Below are positions 19,736 through 30,552 of a stretch of 64,000 nt of DNA, piece by piece. The notes beneath the pieces were generated by a model. The model did not search any database and was not told the origin of the DNA. It was given only the letters and a program-made list of their open reading frames with translations. The stretch spans positions 626,336 through 690,335 of the forward strand of contig CBDDCX010000007.1 of the NCBI GenBank assembly GCA_965226375.1, written 5' to 3'. The position numbers and the translations under genes are program-made. The DNA is from Longimicrobiales bacterium (GTDB lineage Bacteria > Gemmatimonadota > Gemmatimonadetes > Longimicrobiales > Gaopeijiaceae). Every line of letters starts with the position of its first letter. Positions within the stretch are counted from its first letter, which is position 1.

Positions 19736-21487
19736 TCACTTGTACATGGTTTGACGTTTGGTGCCGGGTGACCATTCGCCAGGGTCCACCCAGATATTGA
19801 TGACCGCGGACTTGCCGGACGTCTTCACGGCTTCCCGCCCGCGTTGCAGCGAAGGTTGGATCTCCGCTGGATCTCGAACCTCCTCGCCGTATCCGCCGAG
19901 CATCTCGGCGAACTTGGAGAAGGGCACGTCGCCCAGGAGATTGGCGACATTGCCGCGCTCCTCGCCATACTTGGATAACTGCCCGTAGCGAATCTGATTC
20001 ATGGCGGAGTTGTTGCCGATGACCGCGAGGTACGGCGCGCCGAATCGATTGGCCGTCTCCATGTCGAACGCAGTCATGCCGAAGGAGCCGTCGCCGTAGT
20101 AGCAGAGGACCTCTTTGTGGGGATGCACCAGTTTCGAGGCCAGCGCGAAGCCGGTGCCGACACCCAGGCCGCCCAGCGCACCCGGGTCCATCCAGTTGCC
20201 CGGCGCTCTGGGCTGAACCGCCTGGGCGCTGATGGTGACCACGTCGCCGCCGTCGCCAATATAGATGGTGTCCTCGGTGAGAAACTCGTTCAGTTCCCAC
20301 GCGACGCGATACGGATGGATGGGGTTCGCGTCCGACAAAAAGAGCGGCATCAGCTTTTCCGTCTTCTTCTGCTCGATGGCTCGCAAGTGCTCGAGCCAGT
20401 TCGCCCGCCCCTTGGCCCCGTTGTCTCCGAGACCGGTGGTGGCGTCATGCACGGCCTTCAGGATCGCGCCAGGATCACCCACGAGTCCGAGCGACACGTC
20501 GCGGTTCTTTGCGACAGTCCTGTAGTCCATGTCGATGTGCACGACGGTGGCGTCAGCACGCAGTCGTCGGCCGTAGCCCATCCGGAAATCGAATGGCGTA
20601 CCGACGATGACGATGACGTCAGCATCTTTGAAAGCATCGCTGCGGGTGCGGTGGAAATAGTGGGGATCGCCCGGCGGGAGGATTCCGCGCGAAGCGCCGT
20701 TCATGTAGCCCGGGATATTCAGACCTCTCAGGAGCGCAATGGCCTCTTCGTGGCCGCGGCAGGTCCACACTTGGGTGCCCAGTAGGATGGCCGGTCGTTC
20801 GGACTTGACCAGGATTTCGGCCAGCTTCTCGATATCGGCGGGATCGCCGATGGACTTCGTAGAGGCCCGATAGTGGCCGGCCTTCGGCATGATGACCTTC
20901 TCGAGGGGTACCTCGCGGTCCAGCACATCACGAGGGATCTCGAGATAGCTCGGCCCGGGCGCGCCGGCAAAGCACTCCCTGGCTGCCATGGCCACCATGT
21001 CCGCGATTCGTTCCGTGGAACCCACGCTCGCGGAGAACTTGGTAATCGGCGCGGCGATGTCCACGTGCGGTAGATCCTGGAGCGACCCCATCTTGTGCTG
21101 GGTAAGGGCACCCTGCCCGCCAATGTGCAGTACCGGACTCTCGGATCGAAACGCCGTCGCGATGCCTGTGAGCGCATTCGTAAAGCCGGGTCCCGCCGTG
21201 GTGATCACGCACCCCAAACGGCCGGTCTGGCGCGCGTAGCCGTCCGCGGCATGGGCGGCCACCTGCTCGTGGCGCACATCGATGATGCGAATGTCGTTGT
21301 CGATACAGCCGTCATACGTGTCGATGATGTGCCCGCCGCAGAGCGTGAAGATCGTATCGATCCCCTCGTTCTTGAGTGCCGCGGCCACCAGATGACCACC
21401 CGAGATGACTGATGCATCCCGGCTCTTTCTCGCCAGCGTATCTTCCGCCGTCGTGGTTTTCGCTTTTTCCGCAGCAACGCCTGCCAT
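19736..21487 (-). CDS. ThDP-dependent oxalyl-CoA decarboxylase / 2-hydroxyacyl-CoA lyase-like enzyme
   Basis: 'DVRHEQVAAHAADGYAR', ThDP motif 'GDGSFG..GNN', adjacent to frc. Confidence 0.85.
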   Translation of the reverse strand: MAGVAAEKAKTTTAEDTLARKSRDASVISGGHLVAAALKNEGIDTIFTLCGGHIIDTYDGCIDNDIRIIDVRHEQVAAHAADGYARQTGRLGCVITTAGPGFTNALTGIATAFRSESPVLHIGGQGALTQHKMGSLQDLPHVDIAAPITKFSASVGSTERIADMVAMAARECFAGAPGPSYLEIPRDVLDREVPLEKVIMPKAGHYRASTKSIGDPADIEKLAEILVKSERPAILLGTQVWTCRGHEEAIALLRGLNIPGYMNGASRGILPPGDPHYFHRTRSDAFKDADVIVIVGTPFDFRMGYGRRLRADATVVHIDMDYRTVAKNRDVSLGLVGDPGAILKAVHDATTGLGDNGAKGRANWLEHLRAIEQKKTEKLMPLFLSDANPIHPYRVAWELNEFLTEDTIYIGDGGDVVTISAQAVQPRAPGNWMDPGALGGLGVGTGFALASKLVHPHKEVLCYYGDGSFGMTAFDMETANRFGAPYLAVIGNNSAMNQIRYGQLSKYGEERGNVANLLGDVPFSKFAEMLGGYGEEVRDPAEIQPSLQRGREAVKTSGKSAVINIWVDPGEWSPGTKRQTMYK

Positions 21488-21713
21488 GAGATGCTCCCGG
21501 TAGACTTTTCTCAGGTCAGCTAATCCAAATAGCCGACGTAATTGTTGATGTGCTCCGTTAGTCCGAAGCAGCTCGATCTTCCATGACGAGTTCCTTTCGC
21601 CCTCAGATTTTCCCGGAGTCCGAGGCCCAGGGTAGCCAGCTAGCGAGCGTGCTCATTCGCGACACCCTCCTTCTCGATCCGCGGCCGAAGGCCCGGCCTC
21701 CCACGAGGCCCTC

Positions 21714-23138
21714 CTAGCGGATCCGCTGCGGCAGGTCCGGCCCGTCGTCCCAGAACTGAGCACTCGAGATGTTCGGCATCGCCCAGTCGTTACCGTTCCA
21801 GCCCTGGAAGCCGTCGAGCCTGAACGCCCAGAATCCGGTGTTGAAGTCGCTCACCACGATAAGCCCATCCGCGTTTCGGATGTCCACGCCCCAGGCGCCG
21901 TCGTAGATGTTACCTGTGGTGGTGTTACCCGTCACCAGCGCACCTTCTCCTCCGTAGAGGCTGGGACCCTGCCGCGTGTGGTAGTATCCCTCGGTAAAGG
22001 GATGCGTGGGATCGGTCATGTTGACGATCTGGAGCCCGTCGTCCTGGCCCGAGATGAAGACGTACGGCCACCGCATCTCATGGTTGTGGGTCGCGCCCCC
22101 GAACTTTGCCATCCATGCCCCGATCCCGGATCCCGTGACGATGTTGGGGGTCTGTCCCTCCGACCCGGGCGGCCGCAGGTCGAAGAAGCGGATCGGCGAG
22201 TGCTGGTAGGTGGGTACGGACATGCCGAGTCCGTAGCGCCCGTCGGGTGTGGGTGTGAAGGTATGCCCGCTCTCGACCCCGGGGATGCCGGTGACCGACG
22301 TGATGAGCCGCGGGTTCTCCACATCCGTCACGTCCATCACGTGGTATCCTCCGCCACCGGCACCGTAGAACCGGTCCTGCGCCGCGTCAGGAAGGAACCC
22401 GAGGTACATGTCGTGCCACTGCTGGTAGCGAACCGCCGAGGGATCGGGGACGGCGATCGCCGAGACCGGATCCAAATTGCCCGCCGCGACCTGTGCGATG
22501 TCATAGACGAAGGCGTCCTTCGACGTGGTGGTTGCGACCAGGAGCGAGCGGCCGTTGGAGTGCTTGTACGTGAAGATGTTATGGAAGCCCCCCGGCAGAT
22601 CCGGGACTCGGAGCTCCGCGACCTTCCGCACCGTCGACCCATCCGGTAGCCCGGTGACGTCGAAGACCATGGCTCCCAGGTCGAAGTCCGGGCCCCCCTG
22701 CCCGAACTGACAGGACACGATCAGGTAGTAGCGGCCCTCGGCCTTGGCGTACTTCGGATCGAGACATCCGGAACCGAGATGCAGATCGGGGTCGTCCACG
22801 ATGTAACGGTACAGGACCCGGGGATGCTCCTCGTCCTCGATGCTGATCGCATAGAATCCTGACGCGCCGAAGCGCTGCGCGATGTAGACGAAGGGCCGAT
22901 CCATCTCCTGCTCGATCTCGATGTCGGCGTGGCTGAAGCGCTGCCCGGGCAGAGGAATGTGCGAGACCACTTCGATGTTGGGCGTACCGCGGCGACCTAC
23001 TGGGTAGCCTGTCTCCGGCTGAATGCAGGTCGGGTCGCCGAAGCACGTCACTTGCGCTACCGCGCTGGAAGCCGCGAGTCCGACGGCCATCGCCGCCAGG
23101 GTGAGCGCATACAGAACCGGCAGGGTTCGCTGACGCAT
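21714..23138 (-). CDS. Secreted LVIVD-repeat beta-propeller protein, paralogue A
   Basis: GGAG RBS, signal peptide, 'DDGLQIVNMTDPTHP', 'GAWGVDIRNADGLIVVSD'. Confidence 0.85.
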   Translation of the reverse strand: MRQRTLPVLYALTLAAMAVGLAASSAVAQVTCFGDPTCIQPETGYPVGRRGTPNIEVVSHIPLPGQRFSHADIEIEQEMDRPFVYIAQRFGASGFYAISIEDEEHPRVLYRYIVDDPDLHLGSGCLDPKYAKAEGRYYLIVSCQFGQGGPDFDLGAMVFDVTGLPDGSTVRKVAELRVPDLPGGFHNIFTYKHSNGRSLLVATTTSKDAFVYDIAQVAAGNLDPVSAIAVPDPSAVRYQQWHDMYLGFLPDAAQDRFYGAGGGGYHVMDVTDVENPRLITSVTGIPGVESGHTFTPTPDGRYGLGMSVPTYQHSPIRFFDLRPPGSEGQTPNIVTGSGIGAWMAKFGGATHNHEMRWPYVFISGQDDGLQIVNMTDPTHPFTEGYYHTRQGPSLYGGEGALVTGNTTTGNIYDGAWGVDIRNADGLIVVSDFNTGFWAFRLDGFQGWNGNDWAMPNISSAQFWDDGPDLPQRIR

Positions 23139-23204
23139 GATCACTCCTCCGTGCTTGAAGTCTTCAGGATGCGTGCAGGCGGGTGACAGATCGGACATGG
23201 CTGC

Positions 23205-23234
23205 AAAATGCCCCTAGGTCGCGCCCAACCACAA
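23205..23234 (-). promoter_or_regulatory. Putative sigma70-type promoter of the LVIVD genes
   Basis: TTGTGG-N18-CATTTT here (also near 26.73 and 40.27 kb), and TTGTGG-N18-TATTTT at 38587-38616 with a diverged spacer. Confidence 0.55.
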
Positions 23235-23273
23235 GGCGAGGCGGCCCTTCGTGGGAAAAGCGAGGTGGCCCTC

Positions 23274-23447
23274 CCGTGCTCCGCGAGGCCTGGGCCGCTC
23301 ATCCCGACCGCTTCGTCTCCGGTGAGCCAAACCCCAAACCCCTCCCCGAGGCCGTCTGGATCAATCCTCCAAGCCTAACCCTCACTACACAGGAGATTGC
23401 TCTCTAATTGATTCCCCGGAGTGTCTCACAATCGTTGACAGGTTCCG
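23274..23447 (+). mobile_element. IS3 right-end remnant
   Basis: Encodes VLREAWAAHPDRFVSG..TQEIAL* and the GTTGACAGGTTCCG end, matching the 3' end of the IS at 14613. Confidence 0.9.
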
Positions 23448-23517
23448 ATCCGGTTCATTGAGCAGGGCCTTCTTCATGACGATCACCTCCGGTGCCGGCC
23501 TGGGCGAAGCTCGGCGC

Positions 23518-24939
23518 TCAGCGCGCCCCCACGGACTCCCGTACCGACTCCAGCAACTTGGCGGAGTCGTACCCGACTCCGTCCTTGAAGACGATGCTCA
23601 CGTTCCGGATGTCGGCCGGATTCGAAACGGGATCGCCACGGATCACGACCATGTCCGCCAGCTTCCCCGGCGAGATGGATCCCAACTGGTCGAACTCGCC
23701 CAGAACCCTGGCGCCGTTGGCCGTCATGATCTCGATCGCCTGTACCGGCGTGAATCCCGCCTCGATCAGCAGCTCGAAGTTCCGTTGGTCGCCGAAGCCC
23801 GGGATGGCCCCACCGTTCCCCGTGGGATCCACCCCCGCCACCAGAAGCCCGCCGGCGTCCGCAAAGGCCTTCTCGAAGGCCAGGGCATTCCTCCACACCA
23901 GTCCGATGGGCGACGTGGCCGACTCGTTCTGCAGCAGCTCGTGCCGCAGCAGGAACGCTTCCCGTACCTCGGGGGACATGATCTCCAGCACGCGGTCTTC
24001 CACCGGCCGGTCCGGCGTGAGCTGCTCGATGACCGCGAGCGTCGACGTGATCGCCACGCCGTTGTCCACCGCCTTCTGAATCAGCGCCGTTACCTCGGGG
24101 CCGTCGACGTCCAGGTCGACCAGGCTTTCCCGCTGACCACTCGGGCAGACGTCCGGCTCCTTGTCGGGCACGAAATCCGACGAGACGAACACACCGTGCT
24201 CGAGGTTGTCGATCCCCATGTCGATCGCTTCGGAGTAGGTTACCGAGCAAAGGTGGCCCGTGAACTTGATCCCCTGCTTGTGCGCCTCGTCGATGGCCGC
24301 CGCCAGGCTGGCACGGCTGATCCGGGCATGGGCCTTGATCCAGGTCGCCCCCTCCTCCGCCCAGTAGCGCACGATCCGGCGCGCTTGCTCCTCGCTTGTC
24401 GGAGAGTAGTTGCGGAGCCCCTCGGAGAGGCGCGGGCCGGTGATGTGCATGCGTGGTCCGGGCGCCTGTCCTATATCGATGGAGTGCTTGAGGTTAAGCT
24501 CGATGTAGGGCGACATGCTTCCGGCGGTGCGGATCGTCGTGACGCCGCTTGCCAGGTAGATGCGGGGTGCGCTGAAGCTGAGCGTGAGCCTTCCTTTGGC
24601 TCCGGCGTAGTCCGTGTGATCGTGCATCCCGATGATGCCCGGAATTACGGTGTGCCCCGGGAGATCGAGGATCTCGGCGCCCTCGGGCACCCTGACGCTC
24701 CCTGTGGGGCCTACGTCACGGATCCGGCCGTCCACCACCACGATGGTCTGGGCGTCCAGTGGGGGCGCGCCCGTTCCGTCGACGACGCGAACGCCGGTCA
24801 GGGCGAAGACGGGGGCGTCGACACTGACGAAGCGGCGAACTTCGGCGGAAAGGGAGGCGGACGACTGGCCCGCGACGGGGCCGGGGTGGACGAGCACGGC
24901 GGCGAGGACAGGGCCGAGGAGGGAGACGAGCTTTCGCAT
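23518..24939 (-). CDS. Secreted amidohydrolase-family metalloenzyme
   Basis: Signal peptide, 'VIPGIIGMHDH', 'GVTTIRTAG', 'GHL', 'LEHG', 'GKLADMVVIRGDP'. Confidence 0.9.
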   Translation of the reverse strand: MRKLVSLLGPVLAAVLVHPGPVAGQSSASLSAEVRRFVSVDAPVFALTGVRVVDGTGAPPLDAQTIVVVDGRIRDVGPTGSVRVPEGAEILDLPGHTVIPGIIGMHDHTDYAGAKGRLTLSFSAPRIYLASGVTTIRTAGSMSPYIELNLKHSIDIGQAPGPRMHITGPRLSEGLRNYSPTSEEQARRIVRYWAEEGATWIKAHARISRASLAAAIDEAHKQGIKFTGHLCSVTYSEAIDMGIDNLEHGVFVSSDFVPDKEPDVCPSGQRESLVDLDVDGPEVTALIQKAVDNGVAITSTLAVIEQLTPDRPVEDRVLEIMSPEVREAFLLRHELLQNESATSPIGLVWRNALAFEKAFADAGGLLVAGVDPTGNGGAIPGFGDQRNFELLIEAGFTPVQAIEIMTANGARVLGEFDQLGSISPGKLADMVVIRGDPVSNPADIRNVSIVFKDGVGYDSAKLLESVRESVGAR

Positions 24940-25020
24940 AGCGGGCTCCTTGGGTTTTCGGGTCACCGGGCGAGTGACGCGCCGGGCCTCAAAGGTGCGG
25001 TACCCGAGCCGGTCGCTCAA

Positions 25021-25120
25021 GATGCCTATCCGGAGAACGAGGCGGTCTACCTGAAGAGCTCACCGATCTTCAAGGTCCACCAGGTGACCACACCCACCTT
25101 CGTGATCCAGGGCGAGGGGG
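25021..25120 (+). pseudogene. Small remnant of an S9-family peptidase
   Basis: 'YLKSSPIFKVHQVTTPTFVIQGE' resembles the S9 C-terminal motif. Confidence 0.45.
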
Positions 25121-25233
25121 TGCCGGCCGACTGGCAGCTCCCCGAAGGAGAGCCCCCTCCGATCAGCGAGCGTACTCATTCTCGAGCCTCCTTGTCGATT
25201 TCGCTGCCGAGGCCCGGCCTCGGCCGTGTCTTC

Positions 25234-26658
25234 CTACCTGATCTGCTGCGGCTGATCCGGACTCTGGTCCCAGTTCTGCGCGCTCGAGATGTTCGGCACC
25301 CCCCAGTCGTTGCCGTTCCAGCCCTGGAAGCCCTCCAGGCGGAACGCCCAGAAACCGGTGTTGAAGTCGCTCACCACGATGAGCCCATCTGCATTTCGGA
25401 TGTCCACGCCCCAGGCACCGTTATAGATGTTGCCTGTGGTAGCGGTGCCCGCCTGCAGCGCTCCCTCTCCTCCGAAGAGCGCCGGGCCCTCCCGGGTGTG
25501 GTAGTAGCCGACCGTGAAGGGCCGCGTGGGGTCCGCCATGTTGACGATCTGGAGCCCGTCGTCCTGTGCCGAGATGAAGACGTAGGGCCAGCGCATCTCG
25601 TGATTGTGGGTCGCGCCTCCGAACTTCGCGATCCACGCTCCGATCCCGGAGCCCCTCACGATGTTCGGAGTCTGTCCCTCGGAGCCCTCAGGGCGCAGGT
25701 CGAAGAAGCGGATCGGCGAGTGTTGGTATGTCGGGACGGGCATGCCGAGGGCGTAACGGCCGTCGGGTGTGGGCGTGAAGGTGTGGCCGTCCGAGACCCC
25801 CGGGATACCTGTAACCGAGGTTATGAGCCGCGGGTTCTCGAGGTCGGTGACGTCGTAGACGTGGAAGCCCCCGCCCCCGGCCCCGTAGAACCGATCCTGC
25901 CCGGCATCCGGGAGGAACCCGAGGTACATGTCGTGCCACGTCTGGTAATTGGTCGCGGTGGGATTCGGTACGGGGATCGCCGCGACCGGATCGGTGACGC
26001 CTGCGGCAACCTGAGCGATGTCGTATACGTAGGCGTCCTTCTGCCGGGTGGTCGCGACCAACAGAGACCGGCCGTTGGAATGCCTGTAGGTGAAGATGTT
26101 GTGGAATCCCCCCGGCATGAGCGGGACTCGGAGGTCCGCGACCTTGCGCACCGTCGAGGCGTCCGGGAGCCCCGTCACGTCGAAGACCATCGCTCCGAGG
26201 TCGGCGTCCGGCCCCCCCTGCCCGAACTCGCAGGACACGATCACGTAGTACCGGCCATCGGCCTTTGCATACTTGATGTCCACGCATCCGCTGCCGAGAT
26301 GGAGATCGGGGTCGTCCACGATGTAGCGGTAGAGAACTTCCGGATGCTCCTCATCCTCGAGGCTGATCGCATAGAATCCGGAGGCGCCGTGGCGCTGCGC
26401 GATGTACGTGAAGGGCCGATCCATCTCCTGCTCGATCTCGATGTCGGCGTGGCTGAAGCGCTGCCCGGGCAGAGGAATGTGCGAGACGACCTCGATGTTG
26501 GGCGTACCGGGCCGGCCCACCGGATAGCCCGTCTCGGGCTGTATGCAGGTCGGATCGCCGAAGCATGTCACCTGTGCCACGGCGCTGGGAGCCGCGAGGC
26601 CGACGGCGACGGCCGTCAGTGTGAGCGTAAACAGAATCGGCATGGCTCGCTGGCGCAT
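25234..26658 (-). CDS. Secreted LVIVD-repeat protein, paralogue B
   Basis: Colinear close paralogue of 21714..23138. Confidence 0.85.
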   Translation of the reverse strand: MRQRAMPILFTLTLTAVAVGLAAPSAVAQVTCFGDPTCIQPETGYPVGRPGTPNIEVVSHIPLPGQRFSHADIEIEQEMDRPFTYIAQRHGASGFYAISLEDEEHPEVLYRYIVDDPDLHLGSGCVDIKYAKADGRYYVIVSCEFGQGGPDADLGAMVFDVTGLPDASTVRKVADLRVPLMPGGFHNIFTYRHSNGRSLLVATTRQKDAYVYDIAQVAAGVTDPVAAIPVPNPTATNYQTWHDMYLGFLPDAGQDRFYGAGGGGFHVYDVTDLENPRLITSVTGIPGVSDGHTFTPTPDGRYALGMPVPTYQHSPIRFFDLRPEGSEGQTPNIVRGSGIGAWIAKFGGATHNHEMRWPYVFISAQDDGLQIVNMADPTRPFTVGYYHTREGPALFGGEGALQAGTATTGNIYNGAWGVDIRNADGLIVVSDFNTGFWAFRLEGFQGWNGNDWGVPNISSAQNWDQSPDQPQQIR

Positions 26659-27079
26659 GATCACTCCTCAGTGCTTGAAGTCTTCAGGATGCGTGCAGGC
26701 GGGTGACAGATCGGACTTGGCTGCAAAATGCCCCTAGGTCGCGCCCAACCACAAGGCGAGGCGGCCCTTCGTAGGAAAAGCAACGTGCCCCTAAGGCCGG
26801 GCGAGCCGTACTACTTCGGGCCGGGGTATCGGTTCGGGCGGTGAGGCACCGATTCGATCATGGCGTGGAGTCAAGAGGAGTCGGGCGTCGGGGATGACAT
26901 CTTGAGCCTTCTCGTGCCGCGTCGGGTGGGGGAAGACGTTGGCTCGCGCCCCATCGTCCTGGAGAGCGGTGCCGAGGCGCGACGGGTCGAAGCGGGTTCT
27001 GACGAAGGGGTCCCCAGGTGTTGTCGCCGGGAGCCCCCGCACTCTCCTGAGGACCCCTCGGTGGGATCCTAGAGAGCGC

Positions 27080-28450
27080 CTATTGGAAGGCGACGATCCT
27101 CACGCCCTCCGGCCCGTTATCCCAGTCCTGGACGCTCGAGATGTTGGGCATGCCCCAGTCGTTGCCGTTCCAGCCATTGAAGCCGTCCATCCTGAACGCC
27201 CAGAACCCGCTGTGCATGTCGCTCACTACGATGAGGCCGTCGGCGTTCCTGACGTCGACCCCGAACACCCCGTTCGCAACGCCGCCCCCGGTGTACGGGG
27301 TCTCCTCGTCGTAGGTGTCGTAGAAGCCCACCGTACGCGGGTTGGTGGGGTCCCGCATGTTGATGATCTGGAGCCCGTCCTCGTAGGCCGAGACGAACAC
27401 GTACGGCCAGCGGATCTCCATGTTGTGCGACGACTTCTTCCAGTCGGCGGTCCATTCGCCGATGGGCTGGCGGATGACGGCCACCTCGCCGTCCAGGGCC
27501 GGCTTCAGGTCGTAGAAACGGAGCGGGGCGTGGGCCAGTGACGTCATCTCGCTGATGGCGTAACGGTGATCGGGGGTGGCCACCCAGGTGTGACCTCCCG
27601 ACTGCTGGCCGTGGACGGCCATCTGTGTGACGAGGAGCTTTGGGTTCGTGATGTCGGTGACGTCCCAGACGTAGTTCCCGCCCAGGTATGTGGTCTCCGG
27701 CCCACCGCCGTAGAACTTGTCCTGGCCGGTGGCCGGGTCGTACGCCACGTACACGTCGTGGTATCCCCGGGCGGCGCCCCGGGGCTCGGGAAGCGGCATG
27801 CGGGATACGAGCCCATAGTCCGGATCGCCCTGGAGGAACAGCTCCATGTCATAGACGTTGGCACCGTGGGGGACCGACAGGGGCGACTCCGTGGTCGCGA
27901 AGAGCAGCACGCTGCCCGTGGAGTGCTTGTACGTGAAGATGTTGTGAAAGCCGCCCGGCGTGTCGGGCGTGCGGATGCGGCCTACTTCACGGACCGTCGA
28001 GGGATCCGGAAGTCCCGTCACGTCGAACACCACCGCGCCCAGGTCCGTATCGGGCCCGCCCTGCCGGAAGCTCATGGACTGTACGTAGTAGTAGCGGTCG
28101 TTCAGCTTGAAATACTTGCCATCCAACCCGGCTCCACGGTGCAGCTCAGCGTTCTCGATGAACCACGAGTAGATGACCCGCGCGTTCTCGGGCTCCGACA
28201 GGTCGATGATCTGGAACCCGGGCGGGTCGAGCCGGCGTGACACGTAAGCGTAGGGCCGCTCCAGATCCTGCTCGATCTCGATGTCGGCAACGCGGAGGGC
28301 TCCGGCCAAGGGCACGTGCGCAATGATCTTCACGTTGTCGCTGCCCTGATCACCGGGGGCGTACTGAGCGGACGTCTCGGCCGGCACAAGAACGAGAAAT
28401 GAGAGAACGCCAACGAGTGGAACCCTGGCGGTCGACAGCCTGGCACGCAT
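27080..28450 (-). CDS. Secreted LVIVD-repeat protein, paralogue C (divergent)
   Basis: GGAGG RBS, signal peptide; shares 'ADIEIEQ', 'GGFHNIFTYKHS', 'HNMEIRWPYVF' and 'GWNGNDWGMPNISS'. Confidence 0.85.
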   Translation of the reverse strand: MRARLSTARVPLVGVLSFLVLVPAETSAQYAPGDQGSDNVKIIAHVPLAGALRVADIEIEQDLERPYAYVSRRLDPPGFQIIDLSEPENARVIYSWFIENAELHRGAGLDGKYFKLNDRYYYVQSMSFRQGGPDTDLGAVVFDVTGLPDPSTVREVGRIRTPDTPGGFHNIFTYKHSTGSVLLFATTESPLSVPHGANVYDMELFLQGDPDYGLVSRMPLPEPRGAARGYHDVYVAYDPATGQDKFYGGGPETTYLGGNYVWDVTDITNPKLLVTQMAVHGQQSGGHTWVATPDHRYAISEMTSLAHAPLRFYDLKPALDGEVAVIRQPIGEWTADWKKSSHNMEIRWPYVFVSAYEDGLQIINMRDPTNPRTVGFYDTYDEETPYTGGGVANGVFGVDVRNADGLIVVSDMHSGFWAFRMDGFNGWNGNDWGMPNISSVQDWDNGPEGVRIVAFQ

Positions 28451-28671
28451 TGCAACCTCCGGATGACTGGTAGCGCTTCCGTCGATTGACGGACTCGCGC
28501 CAAGCCTATGGGGGTTGTAGGCCGAGCGCCAGTGTAGCATTGAATGGACGATCGCACGCCGCACCGGTACTGGGGCAATCAGTTCATGCGGTGTCTGTGC
28601 AGTTCTCGATGGCCGTTGACAGCGCAGGCCGAGAGTCTGCACCGGCCCCTCTGGACGGTGGGCAGCTTGCT

Positions 28672-28972
28672 GGGAGCTAGGATCAAAGGGTGTGTAAAAA
28701 GAGAGGCGACGTACCTTTCCGCTGAGATTTAAACCAGCGAGCCCGGGTAACGGCCCGGGGAAAGGAACGTCGCCTCATGAGAGAGGATATCGCGGGACCC
28801 CAGGGTGCGTCCAGCAGGCCGATGTGGGAGACGCTCGAGGGGATGGTTAGGGAGAAGGCGCAGGAGTTCATCCAACAGATCATGGAGGAGGAGGTCACGG
28901 AGTTGTTGGGCCGGGAGAAGTCAGAGCGCAGGAGTGCGGTGGACTCGGCTGAGGGCTACCGCAACGGATACG
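28672..28972 (+). mobile_element. IS256-family 5' fragment
   Basis: 'IQQIMEEEVTELLGREKSER..GYRNGYG' transposase N-terminus, preceded by an IR-like ..GTGTGTAA. Confidence 0.75.
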
Positions 28973-29680
28973 GCGCTCGGGAGCGGCATCCTGATCCTGG
29001 TGGGCCTGTATTTCGGCTATCTCATGGCCTTCGGGGGTCATGACGGCGAGGAGAAGCGACGTCTGCTCGTCATTCTCTGGCTCTTCGTGTTGGCCGCCAT
29101 CTTCTGGTCCGGATTCGAGCAGGCGGGCTCGTCGCTGAATCTCTTCGCCCAGGACCTCACCGATCGGAACGTGTTCGGGTGGCTCATGCCGGCCGGCTTC
29201 CTCCAGTCGGTGAACGCCGGTATGATCATCGTCTTCGCGCCCGTCTTCGGCTGGCTGTGGGTTTGGCTCGCGCAGCGGAACGCAAACCCATCTATCCCTG
29301 TGAAGTTCTCCCTGGGCCTGGCGGCGGGTTTCTTCGTCATCGCGTGGGGGGCCGCCAACGCCACGGCCGACAACCTCGCCTCTCCGTCTTGGCTGGTGGT
29401 CATGTACTTCCTGCACACGGTTGGTGAGCTGGCGCTCTCGCCGGTGGGGCTGTCCTCCATCACCAAGCTGGCCCCGAAGGGACGGGTCGGTCAGATGATG
29501 GGCGTCTGGTTCGTGGCGACGGCCCTGGGGAACCTCATCGCGGGCCTGGTGGCCGGGAATCTGGAGACGCTCGCCCCCTTCGCCCTCTTCCGGACGGTGG
29601 CGATCATCGTCGGCGCCTCGGGCATCGTCGCGCTCCTGGTGAGCCCCGCCGTGAAGAAGGTGATGGGGCATGTGGACTGA
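28973..29680 (+). pseudogene. POT/PTR peptide:H+ symporter, 3' half only
   Basis: 'IFWSGFEQAGSSLNLFA', 'LQSVNA', 'HTVGELALSPVGLSSITKLAP..GQMMGVW'. The 5' half is replaced by the IS256 fragment. Confidence 0.85.
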
Positions 29681-29748
29681 TCAGGCGACCCTCATCGCGG
29701 GCGCATCCTCCTTGCCACGCCTCTCAACGACCCGGCATCTTCGGGGCC

Positions 29749-30035
29749 ATGTCTCATGAATCCGAGCGCCGGTCGCGACCGCACGAGTTGAAGCTCCGCG
29801 TCGGCGAAGAGGACATCGACGGCCTCGGGCACGTTAACAACGTGGTGTACCTCTCCTGGATCCAGGACGTGGCCACCGACCACTGGCTGAGTGTCGCCAG
29901 CCCGGAACAGACTGCGGAGATCGTCTGGGTCGTGGTGCGGCACGAGATCGACTACGAGCGGCCGGCCCACCTCGGAGACGAGATCATCGCCCGAACCTGG
30001 GTCGGCGAGGCCACGGCCACGACCTGGGACCGTCA
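29749..30035 (+). pseudogene. 4HBT-like acyl-CoA thioesterase, 3'-truncated
   Basis: 'DIDGLGHVNNVVYLSW', 'WVVVRHEIDYERPA'. Runs into the IS630 fragment. Confidence 0.85.
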
Positions 30036-30404
30036 CGCGAGGGGGAAAAAGCAGAGGGTCGACCTCTGCGGGAACGATCCTCGAGCCCCGCGAGGCATTC
30101 TCGGAAGAAGCGCTTTCGCCACTTGCTCACGACAGGACGTGGCATGTCGAGACGCTCTGCAATCTCCTTGTTCTCGAGACCCTCGGTGGCGAGCAGAACG
30201 ATCTTGGCGCGCACGACCTCTCGATACGATAACGTATACTGGCGTGCTCTCGCTTCGAGGGTGCTTCGTTCCTTCGGCGTCAGCGTGATGACGTACGGGC
30301 TTGACCTGGGCATCATCGGCCTCCTGGTTGAATCCAAGATGCCGACCAAGGCCGGAAAGCGCCAGCCTATTATACGTTATTGTATTTATGTCCACGTGTA
30401 CTAG
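30033..30404 (-). mobile_element. IS630-family 5' fragment (HTH part only)
   Basis: 'RAKIVLLATEGLENKEIAERL..VSKWRKRF..GLEDRSRRGRP'; CTAG at the end (30401-30404). Confidence 0.8.
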
Positions 30405-30552
30405 AGTGCCGGAGCCACGCGGGATCAACCCCGATTTCCAAACTGTACCACTACCCCCGTCTTTCCTTCCTTGACGCGATCCTCGACGGGAGGTAAGCTA
30501 TTCATCGGGCACCGAACAGGTCGGCAGGCACGCCTCCTCCACGGAGTCACTG

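Larger units (their letters stand above)
22741..23449. repeat. ~709-bp direct repeat, copy 1 (copy 2 at 39804-40512)
   Basis: By eye, identical at offset 17063. It covers the 5' part of an LVIVD gene, its promoter and an IS3 right-end remnant. Confidence 0.9.

Noticed and set aside
23458..26706. 1082-aa ORF on the + strand
   Set aside because: It is the antisense shadow of the amidohydrolase and LVIVD genes in high-GC DNA; only a short S9-like stub looks real. The same applies to most other overlapping ORFs in the track.
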